Part shown: piece by piece, positions 59,053 through 64,000 of the stretch
Layout of the letters: each line of letters opens with the position of its first letter
How positions within the stretch are numbered: the stretch's first letter is position 1
DNA from: an uncultured delta proteobacterium
GTDB lineage: Bacteria > Desulfobacterota > Binatia > UBA9968
DNA length: 64,000 bases
Assembly: GCA_963755715.1 (NCBI GenBank)
Contig: CAVWLW010000064.1
Location: 32,001-96,000, forward strand
Direction of reading: 5' to 3'
Made by a program: the position numbers and the translations under genes
Notes under the pieces: generated by a model
What the model was told of the DNA's origin: nothing
The model's database searches: none
The model's input: the letters and a program-made list of their open reading frames with translations, nothing else

Positions 59053-60429
59053 CTATTTGAAACCATATTCTTTCCAACGCTGCAAAACCATCTGACGCAT
59101 CGCATCCGTCGGCTCCGCTACCTCGCCACGAAAGTTTTCTTTTATCGTCAGGTCGAGCATCGCCTTTGAAGTCAAACCATCAACAGTCGCCGACGGTTCG
59201 AGAGAACTGGTGATGCCGCGCGGGATGATATACATGTCCGTCGCCGGCTGAAACCGCGTGGTCAGGGCCCAAAGCACCTCATTGGGATCTTCGAGATTGA
59301 TATCCTCGTCGACCACGATGACGTGCTTCCATTTGCCGCTTCGAGTGTAGAGCGATGCAGCGAGAATATTGTTCACGATACCCGGCCGCATCAGACGTTT
59401 TTCCAACTGGAGGATCAGCACGATCGAAACTCCCCAAGGCGGCGCATAAGCTTTTTTCAGGGCCGGATAGGCAGGCTTTAACTCTTGGTAAGCCGCCACC
59501 GCGTAGGTCAACGCGTCCACGTACAAGTGTTCGTGCGGCGGCTTGCCGAGCCAAATATTATGATAGATGGGATTCTTGCGGTGGGTCACCGCTTTGATCG
59601 TCATGACCCGCTCGTTCGGCACTTGCGCCGTCGTATAGCCGCAAAACTCGCCGAACGGCCCTTCGTCGCCGGTCTTCGCCGGGATCTTCAGTTCTCCTTC
59701 GAGCACGATCTCCGCAAGAGCCGGCACCTCCAACTCGATGGTCCGACACTTGACGACATCGACTGGCTCACCGGCGAGGCCGCCGGCGATTTCCAGCTCG
59801 AACACTCCGGCGCGCGGCTCGAACTGCGACGCGACGTAAACCGCCGGCGGCACGCCGATGCATACGGCGACTTCGAAATTTTTTTGGCCGCGCTTCTCGG
59901 CGTTTTTTATAAAATCGTAGCCGTCATGTCCCGGCGTGAAGCGAATGGTGACTTCGTTTTTCGATACCAGCATCATTCGGTAGATCGCGAGGTTGTTGCC
60001 GTACTCCGGGTCTTTGATAATGACATGGCCCGCCGTAATATACGGCCCGCCGTCGCGCGGGTTGTTGGTGCAAAGCGGCAATTTCGTGACGTCGACTTCG
60101 CTCCCTTCCATGACGACTTCCTGGCACGGACCGCTGGCAACGAGACGAGTAGGAATCGGCGTGGTCGCGCGCCGGACGGTCTCTTCAAAAACATTTTTTT
60201 GCGACAGACCCAAAGCCAGAGCCACACGGCGGTCACTCGCCAAAAGCTGGCCGACTACGGGAATCGTCGAACCTTTCACATTTTCGAAAAGCAGCGCCGG
60301 GCTGTTGGGCCGCTCGTTGAAGATCTTGCAGATAGCGCCGAGCTCATGCTTCGGATCCACCTGAGCAGCAACGGTATGTAGCTCGCCGGCTTTCTCCAGA
60401 TTGTCGAGAAACTCGCGTAAATCCATCAT
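59053..60429 (-). CDS. UbiD-family (de)carboxylase, copy 3
   Basis: DLREFL..LE..GEL, DGGPYITAG, N.AIYR, EGPFGEFCGY, VVDEDI, WALTTR. Confidence 0.93.
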   Translation of the reverse strand: MMDLREFLDNLEKAGELHTVAAQVDPKHELGAICKIFNERPNSPALLFENVKGSTIPVVGQLLASDRRVALALGLSQKNVFEETVRRATTPIPTRLVASGPCQEVVMEGSEVDVTKLPLCTNNPRDGGPYITAGHVIIKDPEYGNNLAIYRMMLVSKNEVTIRFTPGHDGYDFIKNAEKRGQKNFEVAVCIGVPPAVYVASQFEPRAGVFELEIAGGLAGEPVDVVKCRTIELEVPALAEIVLEGELKIPAKTGDEGPFGEFCGYTTAQVPNERVMTIKAVTHRKNPIYHNIWLGKPPHEHLYVDALTYAVAAYQELKPAYPALKKAYAPPWGVSIVLILQLEKRLMRPGIVNNILAASLYTRSGKWKHVIVVDEDINLEDPNEVLWALTTRFQPATDMYIIPRGITSSLEPSATVDGLTSKAMLDLTIKENFRGEVAEPTDAMRQMVLQRWKEYGFK

Positions 60430-60549
60430 AACCTGGTGACACGCCTCCACTGAGTCAGTTTACTTATCCACTTACTTACTGGATAAGATTGCTAAAATAA
60501 ACCGTGTCTCGATTGAGGTTGTTAAGGCAGCGCAAAAAGTGTCGCCGCC

Positions 60550-61432
60550 TTAGTTGTGCAGTAACAACTTGGCGCGGAAGCCCAGTATCTTTTCCGCCTT
60601 CGCGATATCGTAGCCGCTCCATCGCCCTTCGGCTTTGCGCACGGACTGCACCTGCGGCAGATACTTTGCGGCGAGCTCTGCAGTCGGCATATCGATGATT
60701 GTGTCCGGCGCGCAGAGATTAAAAGTTTGATGTCCTGCAAAATTCGCTTCGAGCGCGAGGCGGCAAGCGCGCGCCGCGTCGCGCACATCGATATAGCTCC
60801 ACAACGCGCCCGTTCCCCGAATGATCGGGTTCTTGCTTCGCTCCATCAGTAGTCCTCGGTGCTCTTCGGTATAAATCCCCGAGAATCGCAAGCTCGCGAT
60901 CTGCATATCACCGTTGAGGCTCGCCGCCTCGCACAACTTTTCACCGACGAGCTTGGAAAGTCCGTAGGGATCTTGCGGCCGTAGCGGATGATCTTCGTCG
61001 ACCGGCAGATACTCGGGTTGCAACGCCGTAACTGGATAGTAGAGGCCGTAAACCGCCAGGCTCGAGCCGCAAACAATTTTTCTCACGCCGGCAACCCGCG
61101 CCGCAGCCAAGACGTTGTTGGTCATGGCCACATTAAGATTGAACCGTTCGGCATCGCCGACAGTGTCGGGAAACTCCCAGCGCTGCGCGACCGTGTTGAA
61201 TCCGGTTTCGGTGTACGGAAAGCGTTGGCGGGCAAGATGAACGACAGCGTCCACGTTTTTGAAAAAATTCTTGGAACGTATGTGCTTTGCTCAGGTCAGC
61301 CGTATAGGTCGGACAAGGGCATTCCCGCGGTTTGGTCGTGTCGAGGGCGGCGACTTGATGCCCGTGAGTAAAAAGCTCGCGCACGACGAACTGCCCCAGC
61401 CGACCCGACCCTCCAGTGACGACAACGCGCAT
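60550..61432 (-). CDS. NAD-dependent epimerase/dehydratase family protein (frameshift in a T run near 61262)
   Basis: VVTGGSGRLG, VVHLA, SS..VYG, YGLSK (YxxxK). Confidence 0.88.
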
Positions 61433-61436
61433 GGTC

Positions 61437-62426
61437 TCAGCGTCCCACCGTGCGAAACCAGCCGCTCTGTTCGAGCTCTTTCAACAGACTGTTGTCGATA
61501 AACTCGCCGGCTTTGGCTTCGCGCGCTTCCTTGCCGGGAGTGCGCTTGAGAATTTCGTCGACGCCCTCGGCACGGACGTAGGGAATCCGATCGCCGCTAT
61601 AGCGCACGCCGTAGGTTTGATGCAGCTGCGCCAGCGTCTCGGTGTCCGTCACCTTGGTATATTTCGACAGCACCTTCATGCTGAACTCTTTGTCCGTGCG
61701 CAACCGGTTCAAGCCCTGGGTAAAGCCGCGGAGAAACCGCAGCGTCGTGTCGCGGTTCGATTTGATGAAAGTTTTGGTCGTCGACAACGGCGTGTTCGGA
61801 AAAATAATGCCCAACTGGCCGACATCGACCAACTCGTGCATACCCGCTTTCACCGCGCGAAAGTTGCTCGGCGGCGACAACACGACGGCATCGAGCGCGC
61901 CGGCTATCAACGCCGCTAGACCTTCCGGCATACCGCCGGTCTGAATCACGATCAGATCGCGCCCGCGCTCCAAGTTCCATTGCTTCAGCGCCGCGTCCAA
62001 CGCCCAGTCCGTCGAGCCGCCGAGCCGCGTGACACCGACTTTTTTGCCCTTGAGCTGCGCCGGTTGTTTGATCTCCGGCCGCGACATAATGGAAAACACT
62101 AAAGCGTTGCCGGTGTTGCCGATCAAAACTAGATCCGAGCCGCGTAGCGAAGCGTTGATCACCGGCACCGACGGCCCATAGGCAAACGGCACCTCGCCGC
62201 TGAGCATCGATTGAATCAAAAGCGAGCCGCCGCCGATGTAAAGCAGCTCGGTATCAAGCCCTTCGCGCTTGAAGTAACCGCCTTCCTGGGCGACCCACAG
62301 CGACGACATGGCGCCGCTGATCGCGCTGTAGGCAATGCGCAACGGCGCCGCGCTCGCGCTGCCGAAACCTAGTTGAATGACGAATAGCGCTGCCGAAAAC
62401 AGCTTGAGAATCTTGCCAAATCGCAT
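61437..62426 (-). CDS. NitT/TauT substrate-binding protein
   Basis: Close paralog of 55684-56664 (LRIAYSAISG, LLYIGGG, TRLGGSTD, QTGGMP). Confidence 0.9.
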   Translation of the reverse strand: MRFGKILKLFSAALFVIQLGFGSASAAPLRIAYSAISGAMSSLWVAQEGGYFKREGLDTELLYIGGGSLLIQSMLSGEVPFAYGPSVPVINASLRGSDLVLIGNTGNALVFSIMSRPEIKQPAQLKGKKVGVTRLGGSTDWALDAALKQWNLERGRDLIVIQTGGMPEGLAALIAGALDAVVLSPPSNFRAVKAGMHELVDVGQLGIIFPNTPLSTTKTFIKSNRDTTLRFLRGFTQGLNRLRTDKEFSMKVLSKYTKVTDTETLAQLHQTYGVRYSGDRIPYVRAEGVDEILKRTPGKEAREAKAGEFIDNSLLKELEQSGWFRTVGR

Positions 62427-62427
62427 G

Positions 62428-63639
62428 TTAGTTTATTTCCTTCGCGCGCACACCGGTGAACGAATCGATCTCGACCATCTCATGCGCCTGCTCGCGTCTC
62501 AGCGCACCCTTGGGAGCGCGCTTTTCCTGCACCGCTCGAATCGCATTGAGAATGATCCTGCGGATCAGAATCACGCCTTTATCCGATGTCCCAAGCTGCT
62601 CCTTGCGCCGATCGAGCAGCGGCTGCGTTGATTGGCAAGTGATATCTTCCGTGCGCACGTTGCCCCGAAAAGGAGAATACTTGCGCCGGTCGTAGGGTTT
62701 TTTTTCTGCCTTGGCTTCCACTTTGCGGCTCGGCGCCAATTTTTGAAAAAACTCCGGGTCGGAGCCGGTGTAATGGTTCACGGTAAAAAGCGTGAAACTA
62801 TGATCGTCGTTCGGCGTGACGAACATAAAATGCGCGTTGTGCGATCCTGCGCTCAGAGCCTCGCGCGGCTGGCTGAAGTGAGTGAACTCGGTATCGCCGA
62901 TTTGCAAGATGCTCGGCAACGCAAAGCTCTTTTCATCGACATACTCGGTATCCGCGCTCGGTCCCGGTTTGCGCGACACGACCTTCATGCCGTAGGCGGT
63001 CTCGATCGCGTCGAAATACGGAATGTCTTTGAAATTAAAAAACCAACTGCGCCATGTGCCGTCGTCGGGATCGGCTCGGTGGAGAATCGAAAAGTGCGCC
63101 GGGTCGGCGCCGTTCTCGATGAAATTGAACCAGTTGTAATCATAGACGCGCGTCGCTTCCAACGATCGTTGTCCGGCGCAATCCGCAAGCGCTGCGTACT
63201 TCGGCAGCGGTGGCGGATCGTCCGGGTTCGGTCCCAGGTAGGCGAACAGCAAGCCGCCCTGTTCCCGCACCGGATAAGATAAATGCTTTACCTTCTGGGC
63301 AAACTTGCTGCCCTGCGGTTCCGCCGGCATTTCTAGGCACTGACCGCGCACGTCGAACAGCCAACCATGATAAGGACAGCGAATGCCGCCGCATTCGATG
63401 TCACCATATTCTAACGACGCGCCGCGGTGCGGGCAGTGCGCGCCGATCAAGCCGATAATTCCTGTTTGATCGCGAAACAACACCAGATCTTCGCCCAGTA
63501 TTTTGATCGCCTTGGGGATGTCATGAAGATCGCGCACTGCGCTGACCACAATCCAATAGCGGCGAAACCATTCGCCCGCCGGCGTGCCTCGGCCGACGTG
63601 CGGAATATCGGCAACGGTGATCTTTTTCGATCGCTTCAT
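62428..63639 (-). CDS. Rieske non-heme iron oxygenase alpha subunit (phthalate 4,5-dioxygenase-like), copy 2
   Basis: CPHRG...CPYHGW, ENGADPAH...LH, ED..CQ, SDKGV. Paralog of copy 1. Confidence 0.92.
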   Translation of the reverse strand: MKRSKKITVADIPHVGRGTPAGEWFRRYWIVVSAVRDLHDIPKAIKILGEDLVLFRDQTGIIGLIGAHCPHRGASLEYGDIECGGIRCPYHGWLFDVRGQCLEMPAEPQGSKFAQKVKHLSYPVREQGGLLFAYLGPNPDDPPPLPKYAALADCAGQRSLEATRVYDYNWFNFIENGADPAHFSILHRADPDDGTWRSWFFNFKDIPYFDAIETAYGMKVVSRKPGPSADTEYVDEKSFALPSILQIGDTEFTHFSQPREALSAGSHNAHFMFVTPNDDHSFTLFTVNHYTGSDPEFFQKLAPSRKVEAKAEKKPYDRRKYSPFRGNVRTEDITCQSTQPLLDRRKEQLGTSDKGVILIRRIILNAIRAVQEKRAPKGALRREQAHEMVEIDSFTGVRAKEIN

Positions 63640-64000
63640 CCAAATCAGATTAGCGGAAAGTCAACGAGAAAACCAAAAGCGATGAAAGCGTTCTAACTTG
63701 CCGCGAATTGCGGCGACGGAAAGACAAGGAACTTCTGAGCACATTTGGATATTGCACGGTTTTTGCCTATTCAATTGGTTCATGGGCCAATCGATCACCT
63801 GCGCCGAGGCGCTCATCGAGATATTAAACTTGTGTGAACAGACACTTACGGCCCTTGGTCGGCACGAAGAGGGTCTGATATCTGCCCCGCCGGCGGACAA
63901 ATATCGCCATCCCGGTCGTCACAAGAGCGCAAATGTTGTCCGTCGATTTGTCTTGATCCAGGGCGGGCTCACCAATGAATCGCGCTAGCCACCAGCAAGT

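Noticed and set aside
63698-63988. Plus-strand ORF with an upstream TTGCACGGTTTTTGC sigma54-like motif
   Set aside because: No recognisable domain, the motif lacks the invariant -24 GG, and the context is cut by the window edge.

Overview
GC-rich bacterial window with most genes on the minus strand. The many paralogous NitT/TauT and TctC binding proteins, UbiD, Rieske and ComDE-like genes suggest Candidatus Binatia or a similar deltaproteobacteria-like lineage (inference). 1-11.2 kb: a group 1h (high-affinity, actinobacterial-type) [NiFe]-hydrogenase cluster with hhyS, hhyL, NifU-like protein, conserved accessory genes, maturation protease, hypA, two hypC, hypF and a partial hypD. 11.5-14.7 kb: directly upstream and co-oriented, a second divergent hhyS-type small subunit followed by a soluble PAS/HisKA_3 kinase and a NarL-type response regulator, with a palindromic candidate operator in front of hhySL. 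This is the best candidate for an undescribed system, namely H2/redox sensing for a group 1h enzyme. 14.8-26.6 kb: an ABC transporter with duplicated ornithine-cyclodeaminase-like, M24-fold (metal ligands replaced) and VOC enzymes. 27-39 kb: mixed genes (exported SlyD-like FKBP, msrP, class V aminotransferase, FAH, orphan Rieske protein, a sigma54-preceded hypothetical, APC permease). 39-64 kb: a catabolic region with LigB-like dioxygenase, RraA/HMG aldolase, three ComDE-like pairs plus a comD remnant, a Mo-hydroxylase large subunit, a heme-oxygenase-like diiron protein, three UbiD, two Rieske oxygenases and many orphan binding proteins. About ten single-base insertions break otherwise intact genes and are probably sequencing errors. 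Several REP-like and short tandem repeats occur in intergenic regions. No rRNA, tRNA, CRISPR array or transposase was seen. All calls come from reading motifs by eye; no searches were run.
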